Below are positions 42,732 through 53,503 of a DNA stretch of 64,000 bases, piece by piece (the first letter of the stretch is position 1; every line of letters begins with the position of its first letter). The DNA is from Mayamaea pseudoterrestris (Eukaryota), in assembly GCA_027923505.1 (NCBI GenBank), contig BROI01000025.1, positions 310,001 through 374,000 of the forward strand, in the 5' to 3' direction. A program made the translations under genes and the position numbers. The notes beneath the pieces were generated by a model that searched no databases, was not told the DNA's origin, and was given only the letters and a program-made list of their open reading frames with translations.

Positions 42732-44141
42732 TCAATCTTGGCAGGTAGTTGAAATGACGCTCCATAAAAAGGACGCCAGTGCTCGGTACCACGATTCATC
42801 CATGTGAATGTTATCCGCCGCGAGGTGTTTGCCGTCCATTTGTGATGCCTCAAACACATCCATAAACAATGTATTCAACTCTGGCATTCCTTCCAACATC
42901 TGTTTGACGCCCTCGTTTCAATAGCCAGTTTGGTTGATTGTTTGAGGGTACAGGTCTGGCACAGTCTGTAGTGGCGCGGTCGCCCCAAGCCAAATAATAC
43001 TTTCGCAGTGTGGATAAAGTATTCGAATGTACCATTCAATGTTCGACAGGTACACTCCTCGCGTGACATTTGGAATGGCGGCATCGTGGTGGGCCGTGCT
43101 GATGAGGCAGATTGGTTTGCCCCAGTCACGAACAAGCCCCGGCGAGTTGTAGCTTGCATTGACAAAAGCGGCAATGTTTTCTTGCGTTGTCGTATACGCA
43201 CTGCTTTGCATCTCCACGTCGCGAGCGAATTCTACCTTGAGAAAGCCTCCGTAGACAATGGGGCGACGCCGCTTCTGCCGCTGCGTCTTGTTGGCGGCGT
43301 TCAAGTGATCAAGGCACGTTTGCGATTCATTGACTAGCGAACAAACGCGTATGGACGTATAGCATCCAGCCTGCAAGTTGTGAGAAAATGTTATAGGATT
43401 TGCACGTTAGTTACAGAGCGTTCAACAAATAATCACACAGCCATTGTGTCACGCACGCAGTCACTGCAGAATGAATAGTTCAATCCGTACGAAATGGGTC
43501 CTTCACCAGCTTCGTGATTTGGAAACACCCATGTATCATTCCATGGATAGTCAAGACCAAACATTTCGTTGCTGCGACAGCGATCACCTTCTAAAAGTTC
43601 GCAAGCGTAAATGTTACGACAGTTTGTTTTCAGCTTGTTGACCAGTTGATGATGACCACCTTGCAATTGTGGAAGGAATTTGGACAAGTGATGAGGTCCC
43701 ATTGTGGAATCGCCGAGCAGCAAGAATCGACGACCCAATCTTTCATTCCTGTGCGAGCAAATGCGGGAAAGCAAAAGGTTTCGACACTCTGCATCGCCAT
43801 TTGGTTTGGGCGACCATATGCAAGAGACTTGGATGGGTGCAGGAGTACTCGTAGGCGACGCACTCAAGACTGCTTTCGGAGCTTCCGTCAAGAAAACTGC
43901 CGTAAATGATGCCAGCGATCCATTCGTAGTCATATTTGGAGCAATATTGGAGCCTCTGCCATGGTTGCTTCTACCGAAAAGTATTGGCTTTCGGCCGATC
44001 CTATGGCGTGCGGCTGTTGTCGTCAAGGACAATCCAGACAATGTTCAGAAGAAAAACAACTAGAGCAGTTATAAAGATAGCAGGTCGTCTTATTTCACTG
44101 CTCATTGTCGGCGGCATTGTAGTCATTGGATCGTCGTTCAT
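42732..44141 (-). pseudogene. Type II membrane SGNH-like (GDS...DxxH) protein, disrupted
   Basis: ATG 44141 and TM, then TAG at 44003-44001 with a frame change. LLGDSTM motif; intron 43456-43371 gives CSDC|AGC. In-frame TGA at 42920-42918, after which the frame continues NEGVKQML...DNIHMDESWYRALASFL to a stop at 42732. Confidence 0.7.
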
Positions 44142-44390
44142 CTTGCTGGATGATGGAATGATGGATGATGGACGGTTGCTTGGTTATGATCGCTAATTGT
44201 CGATCGTTCAAGGTCGCAACTGTCCGTCCGGTTTTGAAAGTATTGTCGCAGCGCGCCTCTGACGACGATCGAATCGTTGATCGAAAATGACCATGACCCG
44301 ACGCGACGGCAAAGAGAAGTTCATTGCTCCTCAACCACTCACAATCAGCTGCAACCTTACACCTTTCGCCAACTAAACAACAGAACTACC

Positions 44391-44797
44391 ATGGCGGACA
44401 TGATGTTTTTCCTCAAGAAGGTACGTGGACGTTGTCGCGACAAGTTTGTCGTGTGACACTCACAAATCGACGTGCGTCGAGGCAGTTGAAAGGCGACTCG
44501 AAAAAGAGTTTATACAGCTGGACCAAACTTTCGCGTATTATAGTCACTGAAAATTGTCGCTCATTATCGCTGCTTGACCGTTCCTTTTTAACATAACAGA
44601 ACAAGGAGAAGGAAGCCGAAAAGGCCAAGGAACGTCAAACCAAGGCAGAACTCAAGACGGCATATACGCAGGGAGGGTCAGGAGAGGAAGCCTTTTTCAA
44701 AAAGATTAACGTTACGGAAGCTGAGCGCAAGGAAACTGCCCGAAAGACTGTCAAGGACAATGAGAATGTTAACATGGCCAAGGCAGCCTTTGGATAG
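44391..44797 (+). CDS. Small 75-aa charged protein, two exons: 44391-44420 and 44600-44797
   Basis: ACCATGG start, AAG|GTACGT donor, TAACAG| acceptor. Spliced product: MADMMFFLKK-NKEKEAEKAKERQTKAELKTAYTQGGSGEEAFFKKINVTEAERKETARKTVKDNENVNMAKAAFG. Confidence 0.7.
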
Positions 44798-44949
44798 CGC
44801 TGCAACGGTACTGTACTACAACAGAATACAGACGCATTGAGTAATAATAGATTGGATCATGATTGACGAGTAGTGGCGTGAAGTTCCTGTATAACGATAA
44901 ACAACAAGAGACTTAAATAATTGGTCGTCTTGTGCACGCAAGTTGTATT

Positions 44950-46461
44950 CTAGTACTGAACACTCTGCGAATATGAATCATTGTCCTCCTGCGCAGTCGC
45001 CTTGTCATTCTCCACTCCCTCATTATTTCTCGCACTAGAGTAAAACTTGGTTCGCTCCAAACCTTGCCAGGCGACACGGACACCTTGCTGCAAGACGCTA
45101 CGTCTCCAGTCTGGATGTTGCAAGTAAAAGGCTGGCAGCATGGTGCGCTTGGCCCACACCATGGGGCTCGTTGAGGAATTCGTCGTGGAATGATTGCCAT
45201 GTTGATAGGCGGCATTCTCCGTCATCAACGCATGTCCAACGAATATGGAAGGTATTGTTCCAAACTCTTGCACAAAGAACAAACTATTAGCGTCATGCTC
45301 GTGTAGCAAGTCATGAAAATAGGATCCATACAAGCCCTTGACCTGCTCGTAGCCAGACGCGACGGAATTTTCGGTCGGCAGCAATGAGTTTGGAAACCAG
45401 CGCTGCAACTGCTGAGCGTAATTGTTCACGTATTTGTCGCTTGGAGCTTGGGAAAAATCAGTCTCGCCTTCATCTTGCTGCTGATCAGAAAGACTAGCGT
45501 TGCCTTGATTGGAAGCAAAATGCGCACCAGGCAGCAAGGTGTCGCGACCACTCGGACCCAGGCCAGTGTGCACGTCAATCCAAGTAATCGCATCATGCGT
45601 TCCATGGCTCGCATCATCGTGCTTATCCTTCTTGTGCTGATGCAGATGCTTGCTCAGATACTTTGTCAACCACTCCTCGAGTAGCTTGGTCGAAGGTTCC
45701 AACTGACTGCCACCGTAAAAAATGCCCTTGTCATTATAATATTGACCAGCCACCATGGCAGCCTTGATGCTCGCAAGGCCATGATGCGAAAGGTTCCACA
45801 CGACGCGCGGCCAAAACGATGCATACGCGCTCCATAGTGACGGAGCTTGATGCGGATTGAACAAGTCTTGGAGCTTGGCATATGATTCGTGACTCGCATT
45901 ATGATGTTCATGTATACTTTCAAACTCTTGCTTGGTCAGTGCGTTTCGATTCAAGTCAACGTTATGTTCATTGACGCGTCTATAGTGAGCCATGCCGTAG
46001 GGATTGACGGCGTGCACCAAGACGAGCGTCGGTCGGTCGGAATGCTTGGTTTTGAACGACGGAGAATCCAGCAGCGCCAGCTGAACGGCCGACCCCGCGT
46101 AACCTTCCACTCCATGCACGCCCGAGGAGTGAATCACTAGTCCAGGTTGTGATCCAGGTAAAATGCAAATGTCCATGTAGTAAGACTCTTGATGCAGATT
46201 GTCCTTGTAGATTAAAATACTTTCTAGTTTCGCCGACGGAATGAGCTGCACTGCTCGCTGGAATCGCTCACGGGCCTGCGTATAATTGTCGCTAAAGTAG
46301 TCGCAAGCATTCACGGACACTTCATCGCCTTGTGCCTGTGGAAGCCACACTAGTTCGACGCCATGGCAAGGATCATGGTGCGATTTGATCAAGTAGGCTG
46401 TTCCGGCAGCGACGAGGACTGTCATGAGCGATGATAGCGTAACGCAAATGGAGATGAACAT
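44950..46461 (-). CDS. M14-like zinc carboxypeptidase (DUF2817 family), secreted or anchored
   Basis: SSGVHGVEG (HxxE), NPYG...RRVNEHNVDLNRN, IDVHTGLG, QEFGT; hydrophobic N-terminus. Confidence 0.85.
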   Translation of the reverse strand: MFISICVTLSSLMTVLVAAGTAYLIKSHHDPCHGVELVWLPQAQGDEVSVNACDYFSDNYTQARERFQRAVQLIPSAKLESILIYKDNLHQESYYMDICILPGSQPGLVIHSSGVHGVEGYAGSAVQLALLDSPSFKTKHSDRPTLVLVHAVNPYGMAHYRRVNEHNVDLNRNALTKQEFESIHEHHNASHESYAKLQDLFNPHQAPSLWSAYASFWPRVVWNLSHHGLASIKAAMVAGQYYNDKGIFYGGSQLEPSTKLLEEWLTKYLSKHLHQHKKDKHDDASHGTHDAITWIDVHTGLGPSGRDTLLPGAHFASNQGNASLSDQQQDEGETDFSQAPSDKYVNNYAQQLQRWFPNSLLPTENSVASGYEQVKGLYGSYFHDLLHEHDANSLFFVQEFGTIPSIFVGHALMTENAAYQHGNHSTTNSSTSPMVWAKRTMLPAFYLQHPDWRRSVLQQGVRVAWQGLERTKFYSSARNNEGVENDKATAQEDNDSYSQSVQY

Positions 46462-46737
46462 GCTGTAAGGTTCAAAGTCTCTACGCCACTGGCACTATCG
46501 ACTTGATTTAGCGATAATGATTTAACTGGTCTGCCTCAAAGCTAGAGAACCCATGGTGTCGGGTGTCGAATTGCGAGAAATCCGCGACGATCCGAAAAAG
46601 AAGGATCTCGTCCATTAATTAAAACGTCATAATGTCACATCGTTTTCACTAGACGTACGCACGAACACGAAGCAACGTTTCTGTGTTACACGCGCGCCAG
46701 CCGCGCCCAATGGCCTCGGCCTTTTTCTCGTCGCGGC

Positions 46738-49700
46738 ATGACCAAACGTCAGTCTCGTCTCGCGCAAGGTGCGTTCCTTCCAAACATGATGGCCAGTGCA
46801 GCAGAAGCGAGCGAAAGCCATCCTTCTACTACTCAAGTCATTCATACGGGTCTACCTGAACCTTCTTCATCCTGCTTTTGCTCTTCCTTATCTCCTTGTT
46901 CTTCATCAGACACTCCCAAAACATCAGTTCCAACCATGCTTGCCATGACACCCACCAGCGCTCCGTCGTTCGCCACCATGAACGACGCCACCCTCCCCAC
47001 GCTACCTCCGCAGCGCCGCTCCCAAGGCGTCGACAAGGCTTCCTGGTGGAACTTGACGGAACAGAGTACCCGCGACTTTGGAGCTCGTCGCTTGGTGACT
47101 AGCTGCATGCTTCGCTACCAGTGGTCGGAAGACTTTTGCGTCCGCATTCTGCAAGGCTACTGCCAATTCATGGATCTCAAGGTTGCTTGCGATGATCAGT
47201 CCATTCAGGAACTCATTCCCCCAATTCTAATTGATCTCATGTGGCAGGAACATATTTTGGATATTGCCAACTACGTGCAAGACAGCGACTTGCTGTGGGA
47301 AGGCAAGTTGATGGTGCGAGATGATCGGCTGTTTCATGATCCGCTGAGAGCCGTCACGACCAAGATTGCACTGAAAGCGAGATTTGGAAAGAATCTTGTG
47401 GATAGTGAGGTTTGGAGCTACCAAATGATGGCCAAGAATGGAAAGCCTGATCCAAGTAGCGATGGAGATGGTGCTGACCGGAACAAGGATGTGAGCCCGA
47501 CGCCTGCCAAGCCTCCGAAACCAGCGTCCACTGCGTCTGCACCGGAGCAAGCAAAGCCTGCCGCTGCTCCAGCACCTCAAGCATCTCCGGCCCCAGCGCC
47601 GACACCGTCGTCGTCAGTTGCAGCAAGTATTCCTCACGCAGCAACCATGTCACTGCCAAAGTCACCATCGCCAACTGACGTACCTCCGCCGCCACCCATG
47701 GATGTAGCGTCCCGCGCAGCAACCCCGCTTCCACCATTGCGTCACGTTCAGTTTGCGAACGACCATCCGCCGCTACCAATGTCGCCCGTTCCAACGGTGC
47801 ATCACGCGGACGTGGCATACGATGCGGCGGCGGCGCAGGATGACAACGTTTCGGTGCATAGTCGCGGAGCAACGTCCGTCGCCAGTCGCGGCGCAACGTC
47901 GATTCATAGTCATGGAGGTGGATCCGTCTACAGTCGTGGCGGTGGAGCGTCGGTTCAGAGCAATGCGCCATCGGTGCATAGTCAGGCGGCGCAGTCGGTT
48001 CACAGTAATGCTGGTGGTGGTGGTGGTGCTTCGGTACACAGTCATGCGCCCTCTGTCCATAGTCAAGCTCCGTCAGTTCATAGTCATGCTCCATCGGTCC
48101 ATAGTCAGGCGCCTTCGGTGCACAGTCATGCTCCATCGGTCCATACGGGAGGAGCATCTGTCCACAGTCATGCTCCATCAGTCCATACGGGAGGAGCATC
48201 GGTTCACAGTCAGGCGCCTTCGGTCCACAGTCATGCACCGTCGGTCCATACGGGAGGAGCGTCGGTTCACAGTCATGCTCCATCGGTTCATAGTCAAGCC
48301 CCTTCGGTTCACAGTCATGCTCCATCGGTTCATACAGGAGCAGCATCGGTTCACAGCCAGGCGCCTTCAGTCCACACTGGAGGAGCGTCGGTTCACAGCC
48401 ACACTCCATCAGCGTCGCCTTCGGTCCACAGTCATGCTCCATCAATTCACAATCAAGCTGCGCCATCTGATGCGAGTCATGCGCCCTCGGTGCACAGCCA
48501 CGCCCCTTCCGTACATAGCATCCATACAGGAGCAGGTTCAGTGCACAGCCATGCGCCGTCGGTCCATACCGCAGGAGCCTCAATTCACAGTCATGCGCCA
48601 TCGGTGACACCGTCGGTCCATACGCATGGGGCCTCAGTCGTTGGCGACGGATCGGTCCACAGCCGTGCCGCCTCTGTACACAGCCAAGCCCCATCCGTTC
48701 ACACAGCTTTACCCTCAGTGGCTCACTCTGTCCATGCTACTCCAACAGCTGATGGGTCTGTGCATAGTCGTGCCGCATCGGTTCATAGTCAAGCGCCCTC
48801 AGTCCACTCGGCGGCACCTTCAATGGCTCATTCTGTTGCTGCTACTGGCGATGGTTCTGTCCACAGCCGCGCAGCGTCTGTTCATACTGCGGCACCATCG
48901 GTGGCTCATTCTTTTGGTGCTACCGTCAATGAATCGGCCCATAGTCGCGCTCCGTCTGTCGCACACTCTGCCCACGCGAGGGACGATGTTTCAGTTCATA
49001 GTCATGCGCCGTCAGTCGCCCGTTCAACAGCTGCCGCTGCAGCGGACGATGTTTCGATCCATAGCCATGCAGCCTCCGTGCATAGCCACGCAGTGTCAGT
49101 GGCGCGTTCGGTGGCTACGCGACCGGCAGACGATATGTCGGCCACAGCCGCCGCTGTGAACACGACATTAGATAGCTATGCATTATTTGATGTGCAAGTA
49201 TCAGGCCGAATGGATTTAGATATCTCGGCGTTGGACGATGATGCGACTGCCGGTGCAGAGCCGACGCCAAGTCCAGCAAAAATACTTCCTAGTATTCAGG
49301 AAAGATCTGCTGCGCATCCGTCTGGGTCGGACGACAGCACAGTGCCTATTGCAACAGAAGGCAGGGCTAGTGCTGCCGATGATGCATCTGTCAGCGTTGG
49401 CTCTCAGTCAACGGCTACAGGCAAGGCTAGATTGTTTGTCATGATATCCAGAAAGTCTCTGGATCATACTGTTGTCGCCAATCAGCTGTATATGTTTACC
49501 GTTCTTGGTGCCAAGCGGATTCCGTACGAAGTTCTGGACGCTTCCGATTCTGATAATGCCGCACGATGCGACGCATTGTTTGCCATCTCTGGCAGTAGAG
49601 ACAAATTCCCTCAATTTTTCGCCAAGAACAGTGACGGAACTGTCGCTTACTGGGGCGACTGGGAACGCTTCGTTGACGCGAACGAGAAGGGCAAGCTTTC

Positions 49701-49740
49701 TAAGGAGTTTCGCGCCGCCAACATCAGTCTCAAGGCTTAA
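46738..49740 (+). CDS. Protein with GRDP-like N-domain, His/Ser heptad repeats and C-terminal SH3BGR/glutaredoxin-like domain
   Basis: YCQFMDLK..LIPPILIDLMWQEHILD..Y (glycine-rich-domain-protein-like); Pro-rich linker; SVHSHAP repeats; VLGAKRIPYEVLDASD...LFAISG...FPQFF...YWGDWERFVDANE (SH3BGR-like). Start may be a downstream Met. Confidence 0.8.
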   Translation: MTKRQSRLAQGAFLPNMMASAAEASESHPSTTQVIHTGLPEPSSSCFCSSLSPCSSSDTPKTSVPTMLAMTPTSAPSFATMNDATLPTLPPQRRSQGVDKASWWNLTEQSTRDFGARRLVTSCMLRYQWSEDFCVRILQGYCQFMDLKVACDDQSIQELIPPILIDLMWQEHILDIANYVQDSDLLWEGKLMVRDDRLFHDPLRAVTTKIALKARFGKNLVDSEVWSYQMMAKNGKPDPSSDGDGADRNKDVSPTPAKPPKPASTASAPEQAKPAAAPAPQASPAPAPTPSSSVAASIPHAATMSLPKSPSPTDVPPPPPMDVASRAATPLPPLRHVQFANDHPPLPMSPVPTVHHADVAYDAAAAQDDNVSVHSRGATSVASRGATSIHSHGGGSVYSRGGGASVQSNAPSVHSQAAQSVHSNAGGGGGASVHSHAPSVHSQAPSVHSHAPSVHSQAPSVHSHAPSVHTGGASVHSHAPSVHTGGASVHSQAPSVHSHAPSVHTGGASVHSHAPSVHSQAPSVHSHAPSVHTGAASVHSQAPSVHTGGASVHSHTPSASPSVHSHAPSIHNQAAPSDASHAPSVHSHAPSVHSIHTGAGSVHSHAPSVHTAGASIHSHAPSVTPSVHTHGASVVGDGSVHSRAASVHSQAPSVHTALPSVAHSVHATPTADGSVHSRAASVHSQAPSVHSAAPSMAHSVAATGDGSVHSRAASVHTAAPSVAHSFGATVNESAHSRAPSVAHSAHARDDVSVHSHAPSVARSTAAAAADDVSIHSHAASVHSHAVSVARSVATRPADDMSATAAAVNTTLDSYALFDVQVSGRMDLDISALDDDATAGAEPTPSPAKILPSIQERSAAHPSGSDDSTVPIATEGRASAADDASVSVGSQSTATGKARLFVMISRKSLDHTVVANQLYMFTVLGAKRIPYEVLDASDSDNAARCDALFAISGSRDKFPQFFAKNSDGTVAYWGDWERFVDANEKGKLSKEFRAANISLKA
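48031..48408 (+). repeat. 21-bp coding minisatellite: 18 consecutive SVH(SHAP/SQAP/TGGA) heptads, with degenerate copies over ~47850-49100
   Basis: Counted directly in the translation and DNA. Confidence 0.95.
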
Positions 49741-50103
49741 ACCAATTGATTAGTTGAAGAAGGTAATGGTTATGAATTAAAAAAACAAATAGCTATTAGC
49801 AGCAATCATTTGATGGAATCAATCCATTTTCATGAGTATATTTTGCGTCATAGAGCAAGAGTTGTACTCAAGCACGGGCATGCTAATAACTGTCTTTTGT
49901 CCAGCGCAACATTACGCATCAAAAACATGCTGCTCACCGCAAGCTGGGCCTGCCTATTGCGACGTTGAGGAAGAAGAGTTGTGCACAAGCAGGCGCATAA
50001 CAAATTTGCCCAGCGCACTGGTATGCAAGGAAAGCATGCTGGTTGATCAATCGTCGTCGCTTCTTGACCATTTTGGTTACGCCTTCGACATCTGCAGCAG
50101 TGC

Positions 50104-52044
50104 TCATACGCAAGTACAATTGCAGTTGCAATCAATGTGTGTGCAGTCAACCATAATTTCCGTATTTGCGTTTGCCAAAGAAAATGATTGGCACATGCTC
50201 TGGGGAATACTTCCAGTTAAGTCAGTCCCGAACAAGCGTAGATATGTCAGCTGTGAAAGTTGAAAGATTTCAGACGGGAGTGCACCGCTTATGTGATTTC
50301 CAGACACATCGAGTTCAAGCAGACCAACGAGATTACCCAGTTCACTTGGTAGGGATCCCGTAAAGCTGCAGTTATTGATATGCAAAGCCTTCGCCTGCAC
50401 TGGTGACATTTCACCGATTTCTGTTGGGATATCTTTGGTCAATTGATAATTGTATGATACATTAAAAGCGACAAGTCGGGACGAGCCGATTTCAGTAGGA
50501 ATGCTGCCAGAAATCTGATTCATTGAAATATCCAAAACTTGCATATTCTGCAATTGGAATAGCTCGGAGGGAATAGGCCCAACAAGTTTATTGTTGGCCG
50601 CTTCAAATGACCCAAGCTTCCTCATTCTCTCGGTTCCAGTCGGTATTCGTCCTGTTAGCAAATTATTAGAGACGGAGAAGTAAAGCAGCGCCGTCAATTT
50701 GCTTATTTCGCTCGGTATTGTACCGGACAATAGGTTGGACTGCAGATATAGTTGCGTAAGGGCTGTCAACGACCCAATTGAACTTGGTAACGAACCGCGC
50801 AGCTGATTGTCTTCCAGTTCAAGCTTGTAGAGCCCTCGCCAGCTCCGCCAAACGACATCGGGGATGCTACCTTGTAGCAAATTCGATTGCAACCTCAGGA
50901 CGTAAATGTCGGTCAGCAGCTCCAACTCCGGTGGCAAAGACCCTTTTAAACCATTATCAGCCAAGATGAGATAAGAGAAACCTGCTTCCTGACATTTCTT
51001 AACATATCTGTCGCGAGTAAGAACGTTATCATTATCCGAAGAATACCAGTCGCAAAAGTGGTCTGTGCTCAGCCATTTTGCATTGTCCTTCCAATTGGGC
51101 CCATTTGTCGCGAAATAGAATGTTGCAAGAGCAAATCGGATCGCTAGGTCATTCAGTGACCAGGATGCAACGGATGGATCTGAAACGAGCCACTGCCAAG
51201 CCTTTCCTTGAGGCGATTTTGGAACAAAGTCAGCGTCGCTAGACCATGCAGCGGCAGTGTACCATTCAGTATTTGAAGTGTCGCCTAACACTTCCTTTCG
51301 CAACGTTTCCTGTGTATAGTCGGGCAGGCTAACGGCAAGCTTTTGCGTGGATGTAATTAGCGATTTTGGCGCTTGCACAGGTTCATTCACAGTGGGAGCA
51401 TTGCGATTCCTTGACCTTGATACGGCAACTGCAACACCAACAATAATAGCGACAAGCAATAATCCAAAAAGAACTCGACGAAGATGCGACTTGCGAATGT
51501 AACAGCCATCCACCCGTCTGGCTTGCACACTGTGAATCACCTGTTCACGATCATCCGGCGCAACGACATTGACGTTATCCTCGAGAATAATGGTCATGTT
51601 AATCATGGACCCATGTTCAATGGCGTTTCTTCCGTTCGCAGAAATGGATCCCGAAAAGTCAACAGGCACTCCAGATTCAACGACTGACAAGTCGTACTCA
51701 CAGCCATTGCCGATGGCGTCCGAGTCTTCGTCGGCAACCATGTAGCGAGAACTTGGATACACGCGACTCGCTCCGGGCATCAATGCAGGAGGATTTTCTG
51801 AGTTTTGATTGCTCTGCATATCTGCTTCTAAACCGTGTCCCTCTTGATTGGGAGCCTTGGCTGCTTCCATGGAATGATTGGTCGCGACAGAGCACTCCAC
51901 ACGATATGCGGCGTCAAATGAACCAATCGCTCTTACATCAACGTCCAATTCAGAGTCACGAAGTGCGGCTGCATCGTCTGTTCTGCTTGAAGGGCAAGTA
52001 TCAAGGCAAGGAGGAGCTGCAGGCGATACCTCCTCCTCGACCAT
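50104..52044 (-). CDS. Single-pass membrane leucine-rich repeat protein (diatom-expanded family, plant-type LRRs)
   Basis: TM VLFGLLLVAIIVGVAVAV; SPQGKAWQWL..RFALATFYFATNGPNW..WLS..HFCDW cap; about 10 LxxNxLxGxIPxE repeats; Cys-rich end. Start uncertain. Confidence 0.88.
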   Translation of the reverse strand: MVEEEVSPAAPPCLDTCPSSRTDDAAALRDSELDVDVRAIGSFDAAYRVECSVATNHSMEAAKAPNQEGHGLEADMQSNQNSENPPALMPGASRVYPSSRYMVADEDSDAIGNGCEYDLSVVESGVPVDFSGSISANGRNAIEHGSMINMTIILEDNVNVVAPDDREQVIHSVQARRVDGCYIRKSHLRRVLFGLLLVAIIVGVAVAVSRSRNRNAPTVNEPVQAPKSLITSTQKLAVSLPDYTQETLRKEVLGDTSNTEWYTAAAWSSDADFVPKSPQGKAWQWLVSDPSVASWSLNDLAIRFALATFYFATNGPNWKDNAKWLSTDHFCDWYSSDNDNVLTRDRYVKKCQEAGFSYLILADNGLKGSLPPELELLTDIYVLRLQSNLLQGSIPDVVWRSWRGLYKLELEDNQLRGSLPSSIGSLTALTQLYLQSNLLSGTIPSEISKLTALLYFSVSNNLLTGRIPTGTERMRKLGSFEAANNKLVGPIPSELFQLQNMQVLDISMNQISGSIPTEIGSSRLVAFNVSYNYQLTKDIPTEIGEMSPVQAKALHINNCSFTGSLPSELGNLVGLLELDVSGNHISGALPSEIFQLSQLTYLRLFGTDLTGSIPQSMCQSFSLANANTEIMVDCTHIDCNCNCTCV

Positions 52045-52804
52045 TTGCTTGATGAGTCTTGACAAGCGTCGAGTTTTGTAGTCCGCCAGTAGATTCCGCA
52101 AGCTAACCCACTAAAGTTATATATCTTCGCTTATGGGCTTGCGCTTGACGAGCTTTTCTACCATAAAGCTTTGATGTAGCGAGTCCAATGTCCAAGTTGT
52201 CGTCGAGGTATGCAAGGTATCCATCATACAGCACGGGAAAATTGCAGGCGGTTTCTGGTCGTCGAAATGACTCATCTTGCGCATCCGATGAATATCATAC
52301 GAGTATTCAAAATTATTAGCAGTATTCCATACGTATGTAGATACATTCATGATCGTTCGGAAGCGTGACGTGATGCCGCAACGGAGTCGACGAAAAGAAA
52401 GCCCGCGCTGGCGCAAACCCGAATGTTCAATACTCCGCTAATGTCCGGTGGCGGAGGAAGCATTCTTCCGCGATTCGGCGATTCTTCCGCCGGAGGCAAT
52501 GTGTACACTAAATGCAAGACTCAGATAGCCCCGCAGACACTTCTGGCGGTTCAATTAAGCCGAACGAGTCATGACGAATGGGAAGGCAGCCTCCCAGGCA
52601 ATAGTGAAAACTATCAACATCACGTTTCACCGCGGATGTCAGCGTCATATTGGCCGTCAGACCCGGTTACTTGAATGAGCGCACGGATATTTACCGTCAC
52701 GGCGGAACCAATCGGAGATGGTCGGAGTGAATCGCACAAGCACCTCTCCTCTTACTCATGCTCACAAATCGAAATCATCTTCTCCTATACAATCAAACTC
52801 AATC

Positions 52805-53503
52805 ATGGACCAAGAAAACACCTACAACGCTGCCATTGCTCTCAACAACATGGGCATTGCCTTGCTGGAACGCAAGTGCTACCGCCAAGCATGGGAGACC
52901 CTTCACGACGCCGTCCAAGTCGCCTGCAAGGGCCAGTCGGAATCGGTTTGCACCTATCTAAACAAGGCCTTTCAACGCCAATGCAATCCCGACCCTTCCA
53001 AGGCCAAGAGTCCTTTGCATTTGGAGATTATTTCCGACAATGCCGACTCGATTACATGCATTCACGCCACTCAAATCAATCACTCAGCCATTGCCATTCG
53101 CCTCGAGGCCTTTGATTCCACCAAGGACGTTTCCGTCGACACGGCCGTCATTCTTCACAACTTTGCCATATCCGCTCTATACCTTGCACTCGCATATCCA
53201 GTCAGCCGCATCACTGGACAGTTGCTACAAAATTGCCTAAAGAGTTTACTCAAATGTCAATCCGATCTTTCCACCCGATACACCAACTTGGACATGGACG
53301 ATGACTTTGGTTTGGTCCAAAAGGTCTTTGTCGTTGCCGTTGTCAGCACCAACAGTTTGCTGCAAGTCTTTGGAAGTTTGGGAGCCGGCAAGTTTGACGC
53401 TCAGATTCACGAGTGCCAGACCAAGCTGCATGCACTCAAAACGACATTGACCGACTTGGATCAGCATGCCGAGATTGGAGCCGTTGCCGCGGCTGCGGCG
53501 TGA
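52805..53503 (+). CDS. Hypothetical helical, TPR-like protein (diatom family)
   Basis: AIALNNMGIALLERKCYRQAWETLHDAV and AVILHNFA motifs; C-terminal AAAAA. Confidence 0.7.
   Translation: MDQENTYNAAIALNNMGIALLERKCYRQAWETLHDAVQVACKGQSESVCTYLNKAFQRQCNPDPSKAKSPLHLEIISDNADSITCIHATQINHSAIAIRLEAFDSTKDVSVDTAVILHNFAISALYLALAYPVSRITGQLLQNCLKSLLKCQSDLSTRYTNLDMDDDFGLVQKVFVVAVVSTNSLLQVFGSLGAGKFDAQIHECQTKLHALKTTLTDLDQHAEIGAVAAAAA

Noticed and set aside
42918..42920. In-frame TGA as possible selenocysteine or programmed readthrough
   Set aside because: Context fits a mutated Trp codon, the gene has a second lesion, and I saw no SECIS-like element.
48031..48408. Repeat array considered as a possible CRISPR array
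   Set aside because: Head-to-tail 21-bp units without unique spacers, in frame in a eukaryotic CDS; no cas genes.
47354..48694. 446-aa antisense ORF and 284-aa alternate-frame ORF with repeats (MEHDC.., RFTVM..)
   Set aside because: Shadows of the 21-bp coding minisatellite; the SVHSHAP frame is continuous with recognisable flanking domains.
52102..52276. Upstream in-frame segment (MSHFDDQKPPA...) that might extend the LRR gene
   Set aside because: Separated from the LRR ORF by two in-frame stops (52119, 52113) with no clear intron; cannot tell a decayed N-terminus from chance.
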